From Caldisericaceae bacterium (GTDB taxonomy: Bacteria > Caldisericota > Caldisericia > Caldisericales > Caldisericaceae): DNA of 24,554 bases. Shown piece after piece: positions 24,499 through 24,554 of this stretch. The stretch covers positions 1 to 24,554 of the forward strand of contig JALTHX010000150.1 of NCBI GenBank assembly GCA_027076005.1, read 5' to 3'. Position numbers and translations under genes: made by a program. Each line of letters starts with the position of its first letter. The stretch's first letter is position 1. The notes under the pieces were generated by a model. It was not told the DNA's origin. It did no database searches and saw nothing but the letters and a program-made list of their open reading frames with translations.

Positions 24499-24554
24499 GA
24501 AATTATAGATATGAAAAATCGTTACTACAATCTATCAGGCAATTTTACGTGCAA

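Noticed and set aside
1-24554. CRISPR arrays, IS elements, prophage genes, tandem repeats
   Set aside because: None seen by eye; nearly all sequence is explained by housekeeping genes.

Overview
AT-rich bacterial chromosomal window with almost all genes on the minus strand. Read in transcription direction (right to left) from 21991: tRNA(CAT) - C4 zinc-ribbon/coiled-coil gene - RNase P RNA (rnpB) - a near-complete dcw cluster in canonical order but without mraZ (rsmH, ftsL, ftsI, murE, murF, mraY, murD, ftsW, murG, murC, murB, ddl, short ftsQ, ftsA, ftsZ) - HlyD-like adaptor - ECF sigma and putative anti-sigma - a triple-SLH / family-5 substrate-binding protein fusion - an OppB/DppB-type permease cut by the window edge. 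The right end has a membrane hypothetical, a moaD-moaE-rseC operon and a divergent YuiH/sulfite-oxidase-like molybdoenzyme. No mobile element, CRISPR array or long repeat was seen. Best leads: (1) a type A RNase P RNA that appears to lack helix P18, lying 1 nt behind a stop codon where mraZ normally sits; (2) four genes with a -10 box 5-7 nt before an SD-less ATG, suggesting leaderless mRNAs; (3) an SLH-anchored, non-lipoprotein peptide-binding protein next to an ECF module; (4) substitutions in conserved MurE, MurC, FtsW and FtsI motifs that hint at atypical peptidoglycan. A Caldisericota-like origin is my impression only. All motif comparisons are by eye from recalled family consensus; no searches or folding were run. 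Several ORF-track starts were corrected using SD and overlap evidence.
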